Of a stretch of 64,000 bases of DNA, positions 36,054 through 50,738 are shown piece after piece (position 1 is the first letter of the stretch; every line of letters starts with the position of its first letter). The notes beneath the pieces were generated by a model. It was not told the origin of the DNA, did not search any database, and worked only from the letters and a program-made list of their open reading frames with translations. This DNA is from Lytechinus pictus (Eukaryota). Made by a program: the position numbers and the translations under genes. The DNA lies in contig NC_087252.1 in the NCBI RefSeq assembly GCF_037042905.1, forward strand, positions 20,586,001 through 20,650,000. The letters are read 5' to 3'.

Positions 36054-37038
36054 CTTTAGATTTTCCGTGAAAAAAATAGTATATCAATTCACGAAGGTCA
36101 TCCAAATAGAACTATGTTTTCTTACTGAGCGAACATAGTAGGCTATATATTAAATATTTGGTATGTAGGTACCGACAAAGAGATTACTGCTCATACTTAC
36201 ATTATTGTTATCAATGTTATCATTATAACTGTTATTATAATTATTATTATCATTATTGTTTTCATCATCATCATTCATCATGACCATCATCGTCATTATT
36301 TTTTTTTTCAATACTTTCTCTTTTTTATTTAATATCGATGTTTTACTTGTACATTGAATTGTTTTACTTTGTATTTCTAAATTGTATATACATTTAATGT
36401 GTTTTTATTATACACGCACGTTCTGAAGAACAGCTTTTGGCTAATATCAGTACGTGTACCGTGTCGAAATAAAATTAAATGAAATGAATTAATGAAAATA
36501 AAAAATTATCATTATTATCATGATGATCATCATCATCATTTAGCGTTATGTCAGCATCATTTTATGCATCATTATTGACATTTTGCTATTTTTTTAAGAA
36601 TTTTAAGCTGAAGACCGATCAAGACCACATAGGGGCTCTGTCTTTTTATATTATTAAGGAGGCTTGAATTATCAGTCATATAAATCTTTAAAAAAATGTC
36701 TTTATTTCGCTTTTGAATCCCCTCGGTAGTTACGGGAGTGGCGTCCAGAGTCAATCAATATGGAGTGAATACCAAGTTTCAGACACATTTATCGTTGTTA
36801 CATTCACTGATAGGTGAATGTCCCTCATAATCTATTATATTTATTCTTTCCCAAGGAGACGGAATTATTCACGCGATTCATTAGAGCGTAGGTGGACGTG
36901 ACGTCATAATCTTATAGAGCATAATAGGAATACGCGTAGAATGAGTTGTTAGAGATAAACCAGCTGCTAATCACCAAGGCACGCAAGGGCAATACCAATG
37001 GCGCGTTGACGTCAACGCGTAAGGTAAATACGTGAGAC

Positions 37039-38391
<1,353 letters not shown>

Positions 38392-39796
38392 CTAAAATTT
38401 GGAATTCACAAAAAAAATATATAAGTAATGAAGATCAATAATTATTGCAAATTATCACATTTAGAAGCACAGCCAGTCGGCTGGTCCTCAAAAAGTAGCT
38501 TCACAATTTATCCCAGTGATATTCATGACTAGAAATGTTTTGCATATTTATTGAGCTAGATCCGGGCCAAAAACCTCTTTTAATTCGGTCATTGCCGCTC
38601 TACATGTAAATATATATGTATCATATTTGATAATTTTGGTATCATTATGAATATGAAGAATCATTCTTACAGGCCATGTGTTTGAATTTATTTTAGGCGA
38701 AACTTTTAATTAAAACAATGTTTTAAAAATCATTATTTATTCAGCTGACCAAAGTTGCTATTTTTACACTTTAATTTCCGTTTAAGCCCAAATGATTTTT
38801 AGATCATGATAAAACTCAAGATCTAAGTTTTAATATGTTATAGGTTGTATAGGAATAGGTGTTGTAAACGGGTCAAGATCCACCTATTATTAGGCCAAGT
38901 ACATTTTTGCAGCTTGAAGACAAGAATACTGCACTCTGATTGGTCAAAGAGACACCCACACACACAAACACAAAATCCAACGGTTTCTAATACACGGTCC
39001 CTCCAAGGTCACACTCACCATGAATCGGTTATCTCATCAAATTTCCCGCGCCTGCTGTTCTGAAGCATTATCCAGCCAATCAGATCTCTGGTTACTCAAA
39101 AATAGCAGAGATCTCGTCTTGTATCTTATTTTTAATTGTTCGATCCTGACCCTTTTCCAAAGTGTCACATATGTGATATTGTGAGAAGGTACAGAGAATG
39201 AGCTTTACGATGATACACCGTGTGAGTAAGAAAAAAATTGAAACCTCAAAAATCCCCAATTTGAGGCAAACATATGTCATGGACGCATTAGCATTATACA
39301 GTATATGGCTAAAATAATATGTTCTTCCACAAAATTTGATACCATATTTATGTGGTATGTCTTCACGTTAGGATAATCTATAGGTGTTCTCCGCAGTACT
39401 GTAAAGGCATGACTGCAATGAATAAAACCAGATGTCAATGAGGTCATAAGATAAGTATACATATTTCCAAATCCCTTTGCAATGAAATTAACTGGAGAAT
39501 TGTTTAAACAATTATAATGTAAATTATTGAAAAGGTGTTTTGAAATGGATTTTAATGCAACCCTTGTAGGATTATGACATCATTAACATCTGGATTAATA
39601 ATTGCGGTCATGCCTTACTTTGGCGCAAATCAAAATTTACATCACTGCAAAGAATACCTCCTGATCATCCAAGCGTTATCACTTACCACATGAATATGGT
39701 ATCAAATTATAGCGTTTTTATGAAGTTAAGAAGCGGTTTTACTGTGTACGCTTGATTCCTTTTTTCGCTCCTAGATCTTGGACTTGTTGAACTTAC

Positions 39797-39981
39797 CGTG
39801 GAAGCACGAGCGGGGGAAGTGTTGCAGGCATTTTCATTAGAATTACCAGCAGCCACGGCGGTGGGAACCCCTTTAGAAATTAGACTCTTGACAGCATTGT
39901 CAAGAGATACTGAGGCTCCTCCTCCAAGTGACATTGAGGCAATGTCTTTACCCGTTTGCTTTGAAGCAACATAATCCACAC
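39797..39981 (-). CDS. Subtilisin-like S8 protease, coding exon 6 (oxyanion Asn)
   Basis: CCTAG|...|GTAAGT boundaries. Encodes [21 protein letters not shown]...[20 protein letters not shown]. Confidence 0.96.
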
Positions 39982-40418
39982 CTAGGTAGATCGTAAAAAA
40001 TATGTTGTATTAGGAAACAAGTCTATATTTGTTTCATGGGGAAAACCGAGAAATGACTTTGGCATGTCGGAAGGAAGTAAGAAGATTATTCTAATTATTT
40101 AATCTTATGCTCCAATAAAAGAACTACAATTACAGCGCACCCGAGCAAAGTCTTTCTGAGCAAAGTAATTTGGGAAGATTATGTGCGATCATTATTTTAA
40201 GTGAAGATAAGAATTAATTCATTAAATAATAGTCTACTCTTAAAACTTCCTTGCTGACTCTAATCAAACGGAATTTAAAATACTGTTGTGTAACTGTTCT
40301 TAAACATCTATATCCAATGGGGGAGCGAGGTATTTGATTAAGCAAAGTTTTGCGTATTGTAGTGATGTATTACTCTCACATCAAAAATATTTTTAATCAC
40401 TATTTTACATGTAAGCTA

Positions 40419-40571
<153 letters not shown>

Positions 40572-40757
40572 TCAAATAAGAAAACAAAGTGCCACTTGTT
40601 ACACATCACGTATGAAAATACGAAATAACTATTTCAATAATGAAATAAGGAAAAGGAAAGTATGGGAATGGCATCGTGGGTCCGCTTATTGCATACTCAT
40701 TACGCTTTGTCCGTATAACTGTTTTACACAGTACTGTTAATCAAGCAAACTCCTTAA

Positions 40758-41341
40758 ATGGGAATCCAACCCAAATAAAAAATAGTTTTTAGAGAAAAAC
40801 AGACAATCCGACAGGTTGATAGGTGAAAGTTTGAACAATAGCCGACAAACAATAAGAAATTTACGAATGTTTAAAAGTTGTAAAAATTGGTAATCACTAC
40901 AACCATGGAGACTTCAATATGGCCGCATTTGTGATGTCATAGTGATGTAAGGCAAGGATCAGGCCTACTCTTCCATTTACTCCAATACATAAAATGATTT
41001 TTTTCAGAGGTTTTACTTCAAATATTTGTTGGGGGTCAAGAGGAAATATAACTATATACTACCTGGGTTATATTTAGATTGCTGCCTCAGGGGAATGGGT
41101 ACTTAGGAGAAAACCAAAATCCCTGATAATCAGGTACATGGCCTATGTGAAAGTTGTCCATGCCCCTTGTAATAATTTACTTACCCAGTTGTCAATATCA
41201 AATCTAATAGGGATCTCAATTTCAAATTTGCCATAGCTTTCTTATAATTGCTTGTCCGATTTTTTTCAAACTATAACAATTTTTTTATATTTATTTTTCT
41301 CCTTTCCAATACAACATTTTATGACCAATGTTGGATCCCCT
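40758..41341. mobile_element. TTAA-flanked palindromic MITE (Kolobok-like), intronic
   Basis: TTAA|ATGGGAATCCAAC ... GTTGGATCCCCT|TTAA. Architecture similar to 50739-51321. Confidence 0.7.
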
Positions 41342-42402
41342 TTAACTTCATTATTTTTTTTTGTGTCAGCTTCTAAAGAAAATAGCATTTTGCTCGATGA
41401 ACTGTACTTAACTCAAACAGATAATTCTTTTTAGTGCGAAGTGTCCTCGTATAAAGATGGGAAACTTATTCTTGGATATGAAATGTTTTATGAACAAGTA
41501 TCTAAATTAAAGAAATTGGTAAATTATTCGTTTATGATTGATTTGTGTGTCCATTTCCCCCCTTAATATTACTTTGGTTTTGTATATCGTTTGCAAACGG
41601 TCATTACCATTCACAACTTGGAACACTGATAGTTCTGTACTGTCGTAATATGAAGAAAATTCAATTACGTACATGAACCAGTACCCATAGCGGTCCACAC
41701 TTACACCCCGAGTACGCCACTGAAACTCTTTATCCATAATGTATTCTTTGAAAATCTGTATTACATGCCCTCCTATCATGTTCTATAGAAAGAACATGTG
41801 ATCTACTGATAGATGTGACAAAAAGAGGCATTTTAAGTGAACTTTATAGAAAAGTAATGGGAAAGTTGTTCACGTGTGACATCACACATCTTTGTCGCAT
41901 TGCCAGTGGGAGGCTCTACATTACAATAAAGATCTAAACTTTAAATGCTCATAACTTTTTTATTATTCATTCATTTTTTTTTTCAAATTTTCGCTTTATT
42001 ACCTATTTTTTTCATTTTTCTGTTTTCGCACAAGCTTTTTTATTTCAAGGGTTTCATTTTATTATCTTGATATCACGAGATCGAAATCTTGATATCAAGA
42101 ATTTAATTCTTAATATCAAGAAATAGAATTTCTGAGATTAAGAATTCGATTTCTTGATATTCTTGATATCAAACATTAATTCCTCGATATCAGGAATTGT
42201 TAAGTGATTTATTTCGAGCACAAATCATTGCAAGAATCAATTTGGATATCGAGCACAAACGAACTCAAAAGTTGTGTAGAATTGAAAAATATTTAATTTC
42301 CAGCGTACAATTAATGCAGAAAATCATTCTGCTTTCGAACTCAAAACTTTTGCACGCTTACATTGTGATTCGATTTCGAACTCAAAACTTGTGCACGAAT
42401 AT

Positions 42403-42565
42403 CAGGGACCGCGGAACGGTTTTCAAAGGGGGTGAGCCAAAAGTGGGAGGCTGACCATGCAAAAAATCACAATAATATGGTGATTTTTACGTTTTTGAAC
42501 ATGTTTTTCGGAAAGAAGTAGGGGGGCTGAAGCCCCCCCCCCCCCTCCGCTTCCGCGGCCCCTGA
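42403..42565. mobile_element. Short MITE, intronic
   Basis: TIRs CAGGGACCGCGGAA / TTCCGCGGCCCCTG. Confidence 0.7.
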
Positions 42566-42805
42566 TATATTCCGTACCAAGCGTCCATCTAAGTTTACGT
42601 ACGCAATTTTTGGGTCCGAAATCATGTTGCCAGCTTGCAGTTCATGCTTGTGATATTTCTTATAGATTCACCTATTTTCGACAAAGACCTCACAGCTGTT
42701 CTTTGTTATTTGGCATTTTCAATACATTGAGTCTGTTCTTGTAACCCCCGTCTGTCTCTTAGCTAAAATTCCCTATTATTGGATTGGGATGGCTGTGGTA
42801 CTTAC

Positions 42806-42915
42806 GTTTGAACCACCTGCATAGTTTGCTACTTGATCTGCACGACCACCAAAATTATTATGGGTATCGTGAACGCCGGTATCGATTACCCACACAGTAT
42901 ATCCACTTCCAGTGC
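42806..42915 (-). CDS. Subtilisin-like S8 protease, coding exon 4 (catalytic Asp)
   Basis: CACAG|...|GTAAGT boundaries. Encodes (G)TGSGYTVWVIDTGVHDTHNNFGGRADQVANYAGGSN. Confidence 0.96.
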
Positions 42916-43704
42916 CTGTGATTAAGAGAGAAATCATATTTAATACATTCACCGTCGTCGTCAATGTAATCAAAGCCTTCGTTGTCGCGATCATGACCAA
43001 AATTGGTATAAGGGTTACCTGGTGTGCGGGGAGGAAGGCGATGTGTCGATTAGACGTCATTTGCTTTTCTGTTTTATGCTTTCCCTTTTTTCTTCAAGTT
43101 TTTTTACGTTCTCCCGTTTTCTCTATTTTCTAAGAGGTATCTTCAGTATCATATTCTCTACTTTACTTAAAACACATATTTGTATATAATGTGAATAGAT
43201 AACAATCGGTTCATTGTCTTGCTTTGAAATGTATCGATATCTTTATGAAAGAAATGACATGTCATTTGAACAAACTTGTCCACTATGTACATGTAACTCT
43301 GAACTGGTTTACTACCAAATTAAGTTATGGTAAGAAACAGATGAACTATGTTTCTAATTATTTATTTGTTTCAAGACTAGAGGGTAACAAGCAAAGAGTG
43401 AAAAGTGATATGTTGTGAATAATTTTTAATTTTTGTCGTTGATGTTTGTTTAGTCCTAAGGAGAGGGCCTTTATTGTTATCGGCATTATCAATCGGTATT
43501 TTGCAATCGGGATATACAAAATTCACAAACGAAATATACATAGATAACACAACATGACATGAAACAGGATGTGAAGCATTTATCTTAATCAACATTAATG
43601 ATAGACGAATAGGCAGATGAAAGGGGTATTGCGCTATTATAAAATATCAGAAACCTGAAAAGGAAATTAACAAAAAAATGTTAAAAATACAAAAAAAATC
43701 TTAC

Positions 43705-43828
43705 CCCTCGGACTATAGCCATTGTTAAGGGCGAGATTCCTTTGGTCGATACGGTCAAGACCCCATGTAACCTGAGTACGGTAGACGCCGTCCTGTTCAA
43801 CGTACTCAACGGCGGGAAGTCCACGGAC
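43705..43828 (-). CDS. Subtilisin-like S8 protease, coding exon 3 (propeptide end / mature N-terminus)
   Basis: TACAG|...|GTAAGA boundaries. Encodes VRGLPAVEYVEQDGVYRTQVTWGLDRIDQRNLALNNGYSPR(G). Confidence 0.96.
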
Positions 43829-44306
43829 CTGTAGGAAAGACATTACAGATTTAAGACGGGATAAAATGTTGTGTATTTTAATAGATTTCGTTCAAAAACA
43901 ACGACATCAACTAAAATTATATATTTAATAACTCAATCTAAATCGGATCTACTTACGATACTATACACATTTTCTTTTCGCATGGGTCGTGTTATAAAAT
44001 TGGCTCTAGCTATGCAGTTTCAAAACCATCATGCGTCAGTTCCTAGTCTGTTCTACTGGCAGCATTTTAACCCCCCCCCCCCTTCTCATAAAATTTCAGT
44101 AGACTGTCCATCCCAACTGGAGAGTAGCATTCTTCCTTTCATTCCACCACCCCCTTGTCCTCAATACAAGCTGATATGTTGTCATTCTTGATTTGAGGTC
44201 CTACATTGTTATACAGTATTTAGTTTAATCTTTAAAAGCGATAAATAATGGTAAAAAATTAGGCGCATTACCCGATGTAGCGCCAACTGGTCGGCCTACC
44301 CTAAAA

Positions 44307-44574
44307 TATTTACCTCCAATTCGTCTAATGCCAGTTCGTCCACTTGCCAACTCGTCTTCTATCATTCGGGCTAACATCAGTTCGTCCACTATCCACATGG
44401 TCTAACTGCCATTTCGTCTAATAACCAGTGAAACTTAAATGGATATTAGACCAACTGGTTATGATACCAAATGGTCATAGACGAAATTTTGATGGACGGA
44501 ATTGCATTAAACTAAATTAAAGTAGACCGTGTGGTGAGTGGACGAGTTGGCAGAAGACCAATTGGCAATTTACC
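44307..44574. mobile_element. MITE with TCGTCT/AGACGA subterminal repeats
   Basis: Same family as 46334-46744 in the opposite orientation; ends ...TTGGCAATTTACC. Confidence 0.65.
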
Positions 44575-44712
44575 TTCTAAAACTCCCTCCCAAAATTCCA
44601 CTGCATGGGAGAAAATTATCCGGGGGATACAGTCATCTCCAGAAGAATTTTATTCTGGATAGATTAGGAGGAATTGAAAAGGAATGGATACTGAAAAAGT
44701 GAAGGTACTCAC

Positions 44713-44835
44713 AATTTTGAGGACATCATCTGAAAGATCGGCAGCAAAGCCATGCAGGACGCGTCGGAAAAAGTGGCCTATTTTCCCACCAGAGAGACGA
44801 ACGGTAGAAGCGATTTCATCGAGATTGGTGTCATC
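44713..44835 (-). CDS. Subtilisin-like S8 protease, coding exon 2 (inhibitor I9 propeptide)
   Basis: GACAG|...|GTGAGT boundaries, 123 nt, phase 0/0. Encodes DDTNLDEIASTVRLSGGKIGHFFRRVLHGFAADLSDDVLKI. Confidence 0.93.
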
Positions 44836-45082
44836 CTGTCATTAAGTCATTCATGTCGATAAACAAAATATGTTATAACTGGGTATTGGTGAATTAAGGT
44901 TACGCTTTATGCAAGATTTTTATGATAACCGAATACTTGTCAAAGTGGAAGGATTTAGATTTTCTTAAGGCGAACAAAATGGTTGGATAAATCTTTTATT
45001 TTAACTAAAGGCAAAATATAAAATCATAATGTTGGCCACAAATGCGTTTAATCGCAAGACTTCTTTTAGAGGGCTTACAGGC

Positions 45083-45350
45083 TCAGGGGCGGATCCAGCT
45101 TTTTATAAAGGGGGGGTTGGGGTGGTATGCGAGGGAGCGTAGCGACCGAGTCCAAGCGAGCGAGGGGGGAGGGTGTGGGAGGGGGGTGTCCCCCCTCCCA
45201 CAGTAGGGAAAATTTTTGAAAATCTGTGTGTGAAAATGGCGTTTTCTTGCATCAAAAAAGATAAGATTTAAAAAAATGGTCCCCGGATTTTTTTTTGGGG
45301 GGGTTGCAACCCCCCAACCCCCCCCCCCCCCCCCTCTAGATCCGCTTCTG
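45083..45350. mobile_element. G/C-tract MITE, intronic
   Basis: TIRs CAGGGGCGGATCCAG / CTAGATCCGCTTCTG. Confidence 0.75.
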
Positions 45351-45371
45351 AGGCTTATGGTACTGATTCTG

Positions 45372-45614
45372 GGTCCCGTCTTACAAAGAGTTGCGATTGA
45401 TCCTATCAATCGCAACTATGGACGGCCAGCAATGTAAACATCTATTATGCATGTTTGTTCAAAGCATTTTCTAGCTATGAAGTATGTTCATGCATTCATT
45501 GTTTTCTTGAAAATTCACTGTGCTTCTCGTTGCATGAAAAGGACATTGTGCAAATTTTTCGTAGAAAAAATTATGACACTGATGGATTTCCATAACTCTT
45601 TGTAAGACGGGGCC
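45372..45614. mobile_element. Harbinger-type MITE, intronic
   Basis: TIRs GGTCCCGTCTTACAAAGAGTT / AACTCTTTGTAAGACGGGGCC with CTG/CAG flanks. A relative lies at ~35185-35448. Confidence 0.8.
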
Positions 45615-45643
45615 CAGATTGGCCGCGGAAATATTATACTTAC

Positions 45644-45751
45644 GCGGAGTTTGATGATGTACTTTCCCAGGATGGGTTCAGAGTTCTCGAGAAGTGGGGC
45701 AAGGTCGGCCGTGGCAGCAGCCACACACATGAGGGCTAAGAAAATATGCAT
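45644..45751 (-). CDS. Subtilisin-like S8 protease, coding exon 1 (signal peptide)
   Basis: TTTCAG|CCACGATG start context and donor GTAAGT. Encodes MHIFLALMCVAAATADLAPLLENSEPILGKYIIKLR (hydrophobic leader, then the I9 YIIKL motif). Confidence 0.93.
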
Positions 45752-46333
45752 CGTGGCTGAAATAAATACAAATATTAACATTTTTATTAAAACAATAGAG
45801 AATCGATGAAATAATAGTTTTTAAATGATATAATATCATGTGAGATTGGTGATACCAATGAAAGCTAAGAAAACATGCATCGTGGCTGAAGCAAAGACAA
45901 ATTTGAGTATTTGTTATCCAGTGAACAGAGAATCGCTAATTCATATTGTTTTAATCATAGATGAGATGGTAATACGAATGATTTTTCAGATAGCTAGTCC
46001 AATCACATGACCATTGACATTCTTCCTAAAGGGAAATTAACTTTCTGGCTATAATGAGCCATGAATAGTCCTAAAGATACATATTAAAAGTACACCCCAA
46101 TATACGCGGACTTTTAGAACCACATTTGGAGCTCATAATTTTACAGGGAAAGTATTCTTCTTCAATTTCTTGGGTTTTTTTTTTCTTTTTCTTCCTCTCT
46201 GAGTACCACCCACCATCTGGTATAATTATAACTGTACAATTTGTGTTTGCCAGGGACTGGCCGGTGCAAGACCCCGGTTGAGCACTCTACTCTACCCTGA
46301 CGAATAGTATAAAGAGTTTACCGTGTGTAGCTT

Positions 46334-46744
46334 GGTAAATTGCCAATTCGTCCACTGCCAACTCGTCCACTAACAACATGGTCTACCTTCATTCAGTCGA
46401 ATGCCATTCAATCGATCATCATTTCGTCTAACAACCATTTGGTCCAATACCTATTTGGTCCAATCATCACTTTGTCTATTAAACCACCAGTTCCTCTATG
46501 ACAATTTCGTCTAATAACTAGTACGTCTAATACCCATTTCATTTTCATTTATTTTGCACAATTAACACTTGAGTCCAATCAGACCAAACGGTATATGGAC
46601 TGTTGGACCAACCGGTTATTAGACGGAATGGCATTAGACTAAATGAAAGTAGACTATGTGATGAGTGGGCGAACTGATGGTAGACCGAAATGATAGACGA
46701 GTTGGCAATTAGACGAATTGGCATTAGAAGAATTGCAATAAACC
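46334..46744. mobile_element. MITE with TCGTCT repeats and 8-bp TSD
   Basis: Termini GGTAAATTGCCAATTCGTC ... ATTGCAATAAACC. Flanks TGTAGCTT / CGTAGCTT. Confidence 0.75.
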
Positions 46745-47280
46745 CGTAGCTTATGATTTGTATGATTTCTTTTGAAATAAGTTTCCAAAAGAATGAAGTG
46801 TTCTGGATCAAAAACATATTCACACGTTAGATGAATTATATATGAAATAAAATATGTGTTAAAAATGTTAAATTCTTCGGGTTTTTTCTATGCATTCTAC
46901 CAGGTTAAACAATTACAAAAAAGTTCACCACCTCATCAGATAGTGCCTACTCATAAAATTTCAAATCCAAACATAAAGGATTACAGTCGAAATAATATTA
47001 ACAATTGTATACACCGTTCCAAAGTTACGATCGGATAGATAATCATACCGATGCACCACGGAGCAACAATAAAAACACATTGCATTCAATTTTTCTTTAG
47101 ATCCCAAAGTAATATTATCAAGATGACTGAAAAATGCAATTGACTTCCATTTATTCTATGCTCGTTGCTGCAGAGAATTTTTTATTTATTTAGAAAAAAA
47201 GAAGACGGTTTATCTATGTGTGGACATCCAACCTTGTATTATTCATAACTAATTACTCTATTGAAATCCAAGATGTCTAT

Positions 47281-47605
47281 GGCCCATATTCTGAACACGG
47301 GTTTGAATTAAACCCTGGTTTAAAGTTGTGGTTTAACTATGGAGAGCCAATTGGGGCACAACTCTCTAGCAGTACACATTCAATTTATTAACTCTCATGA
47401 CACCCGAATTGTTCATAATTGTTTGGGAATGATAACTTAATTATTTTTCTTCATTATCATGATTATGAAAGCCAAAGGAAACAAAATAGTAAACATAACA
47501 AAAAATATACAATATAAACAGAATTTTTGAATTGTTGGCTCCCCATAATTTTAGTACAGAGTTAGACCGTGGTCTAAGTTAAACCTGACTTTCAGAATAT
47601 GGGCC
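47281..47605. mobile_element. MITE (GGCCCATATTCTGAA TIR family)
   Basis: Perfect 15-bp TIRs, with TAT on both flanks. Confidence 0.8.
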
Positions 47606-48199
47606 TATGGGTCCAAATTGAGGTTTACCTAAATCTTGTTAAAAAGTCCATGTCACAGGAATATACAACGGCTTTCCCAATTCTTCCAATTTCTGTTTGA
47701 TACGAATCATTAAATGAAAAATATACTGATAGGACTGCACATAAACCCCGATGCAGTACTGAGCTCTTCCATTGATAGTCCCCAAAAGACTTCACACATA
47801 AATAGGCAGACGGAAATAAAACATGAAAACAAAAAAATAATGGAGATGTCTCATTGAGCTCACATACCGTCTAAAGACGCTCTTGGCGCTTGCCGAGCGA
47901 CAGTTCATTTGGATATAATATATACATATATACTACAAATATACATTTAAACGAAGGCAATAAAGAGAGCCTAAAGTTACCACAAATACAAAAAAAAGAC
48001 GATATAATCTACCAAAAAAGGAAGAAGTGCAATTGAGCATCACCCACTGGATCGGGCCTAATCGGGCTTGCTGCTCCGTTCATCCACAATTTAAGGGGCA
48101 AGCCTGGCCAGCTCAGTACTCACAGGAGTACCAGCCCTCATACAGCAATAGGAAGCCAGTCAGACCAGTTAGTGATGTCAAAACAAGATTAAGATTGTG

Positions 48200-48735
48200 T
48201 TTTTCATGTATATAAACAAACTTTATTTCTAATAAAATGGATTTAGTTGTCGAATGCATTAAATGATGAACAAATATGTCTTAAGATGCATTTTGACTGA
48301 GGAAGTTGATTCCACATCTTGGCCGCAGCATGTCAGAAGGATTTATTCCCCCCCCCCCAACAATGTCGGGTTAGAAGAATTAAAAGCAAATTGTCACTTC
48401 CAGATCTTGAAGTACGAGTTAGATTGTAGGGATAAAGCGTATCCGTAATATATTGAGGCGACATTTCATGAATGGCTCGATGGACGTGCAACATGAGCTT
48501 AAATTCAACTCTTTTGTTAGCATGCAGGCAACCAGTGGAGAAAACGTAACATTGGTGTTATAGAGGACATTCTAGGTGTGGATTTAAGAGGGGTATGCGA
48601 TGTTAGCATCAATTACGATTGTGGCATTCCACAAGCCATGTCTCACCTTCCCAAATGCCCTAGCCTTCATGATTAGCCGAAAATGCATGATGGTTACAAA
48701 CGGGAATCCCGTGCAATATGCCAAGTTCTGGCAAA
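48200..48735 (-). pseudogene. Highly decayed LINE RT remnant
   Basis: Minus-strand ARAFGKVRH (compare KAFDKVSH) near 48650 and AAKMWNQLP (compare WNSLP) near 48310. Confidence 0.4.
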
Positions 48736-48754
48736 ATATCTTACTTTTATCTGT

Positions 48755-48956
48755 GGTCCCATGACATTTGCTCCGGCGACAATTGCTCTGCTCTTAATTC
48801 CACTCACTAATTGAAAGACCAACTTCAACCCTGGGCTTAACATTATACCATACCCCAATCCTAACCCTTGCATAAAAGCCTATTGCAACCTTAACCCTAC
48901 ATCTTAGACGAAATTAAAACCGGAGCAATTGTCGTCGGAGCAAATATCGTGTCACA
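48755..48956. mobile_element. MITE with internal CCTAAC-like repeats
   Basis: Inverted GACATTTGCTCCGGCGACAATTGCTC / GAGCAATTGTCGTCGGAGCAAAT. Flanks TTATCTGT / TTATCGGT. Confidence 0.75.
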
Positions 48957-49077
48957 TTATCGGTCCATCTAGATGACGGACACGAAACAAAAAAGAAAAA
49001 TTCTTAATATTCTTTAGAGGAATAAACACCCAAAAAAAGATACCCTTCTTCCGAATGATAGAAAGCTTCATACTCAC

Positions 49078-49167
49078 AAGGTTTTTGTCTTCAAAGCAGA
49101 GTTGATCTGGAAGAGAACGTCTGGAGGTCTTCAGAGTGATGATCTAGTTGAGCACTGATCAGATCTG
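49078..49167 (-). other. Candidate non-coding first exon of the subtilisin gene
   Basis: Donor GTGAGT at 49077-49072 and TATA-like TTAAATA at 49199-49193, about 27 nt upstream of an Inr-like TCAG. Coding exon 1 begins with an acceptor, so an upstream exon is required. Confidence 0.55.
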
Positions 49168-49189
49168 ATGATGAGCTAGGCTGGATGAA

Positions 49190-49395
49190 CTGTATTTAAG
49201 TCTTCCAGGAGCAACAGATGTTACTTTCTCAAGAATCGCGTGATGCGTCAGTGGGGTCAAAGTTTGAGAAGCCTCGTGATGAAAATTACACACGTCAGCA
49301 TGATTTTTTATTTCTATTATTATTTCTTTTGGTTATGTAAATATCTAAACTGCAACCCAGGCAAGATCTATTATCTACGGTCTTTACGTCACAAA
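49190..49395 (-). promoter_or_regulatory. Candidate core/proximal promoter of the subtilisin gene
   Basis: TATA-like box, a DR1/HNF4-like GGGTCAAAGTTTG at ~49254-49266, and CRE-like sites at ~49244 (TGACGCA), ~49293 (TGACGT) and ~49384 (TGACGTAA). Confidence 0.4.
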
Positions 49396-49961
49396 CTGAA
49401 AAGTGCATAGATCTTTTTATACTTTTACCAGTTAATATTTCACAACTTAGTTAAAGCAAATAAAAGTAATTTCTTTGTTTTTATAACAGGTACTGCCAAC
49501 ATGCAGGACAAGCATGATTTTTTTCTTAATACAATCAAGGTGTCTTAACCCTATAAGGTCCTGAAGTGCAGGAAGACCAATAACCTTTCATTACATTTGT
49601 TTCATATCTCCTAACTTGTTTAGTGCATACAAAAACGATAACTTTTCTTGCAATACCACGTAACTTACTCTGCATCACAAAAAGGTGTATTAATTCTATT
49701 ACAGATACTTGTGCATTTTACGACGTGTTATATAACATACGCAAGTTTTTGTTTACCCTTTATGCCCCTATCAAAAGCACGACCTTTTATACTATATCCC
49801 AATCTAATGAAAGCTAAAATTAAAACACTTACAATATCGTTTGATGTTATTATTCATTCATATTAATATCATAATTATGTTGATCATTGAAAATACAATA
49901 CGATTCCCTTTATTTCTATAGTCATATTCTTTTCAACCACAGAAATAGTGAGCTTTTGTCC

Positions 49962-50525
49962 AATAACTGTCAGATCTATGTTTAAGTTTCTCAATAATCT
50001 CTGCATCATCAGTCATGGCACTTTTCACGTATACCAACAGATCAAATCATAATAGGAGTCGTACAAAATAGTTTTCTCACTGCACAATTACCCCCTTCTC
50101 CGAATTCGTTGAAGTACAATTATCTGGTTCCAATTTGAAGTCAAATGATTTGGAGGTCTTAATACTTTCGGTCAAGAATTGGTGGACAGGCGTTTTGGGG
50201 TGGTTGAAAAGGAAACTGAATTTCAGAACTTTTTTAAATCTATTTCAACCACTTATTTCTTGCTTGAATTCATTTGTAATATACATACTGTATATCTGTA
50301 TGTAGCCTTTATTTTCAAAATTATAATTCATCTAAAGCGAGGAAGCATCTAATTATCTCGTCTATTAGACTAAATTTGTCATAGAATAAACGATAAACCT
50401 CTATTCCGTGACATCTGTCGATTCGCATGATAATACAGGTTAAGTGTTTGTTTAAAAAAGATAAATCATACCCCAAATGAAAAATATATTTGAGAATTAG
50501 ATCATTATATTGATATCGTTAAAAA
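49962..50525 (+). repeat. Direct duplication, partner 53942-54500
   Basis: Collinear similarity, e.g. TAATACTTTCGG.CAAGAA..GG.GGACAGGCG and GGAAACTGAATTTCAGAACT in both copies. Confidence 0.85.
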
Positions 50526-50738
50526 TATGATCCACGTGGCAACGACCAATGCCCTTGCATAATCGTGTAGCTTAATAAAATGGATCAACAATATTTTGAT
50601 TCAGATTCTTTTACAGGGGTCAGGAGCATGCTAAAAAGTTCGATCGAAAAATGATAATCAATAGCAAAATATTAGGGTATTCTAGCAATCACTTCCACGA
50701 CGGTTTCTATAACACACACGAGGATAATCTTTCATTAA

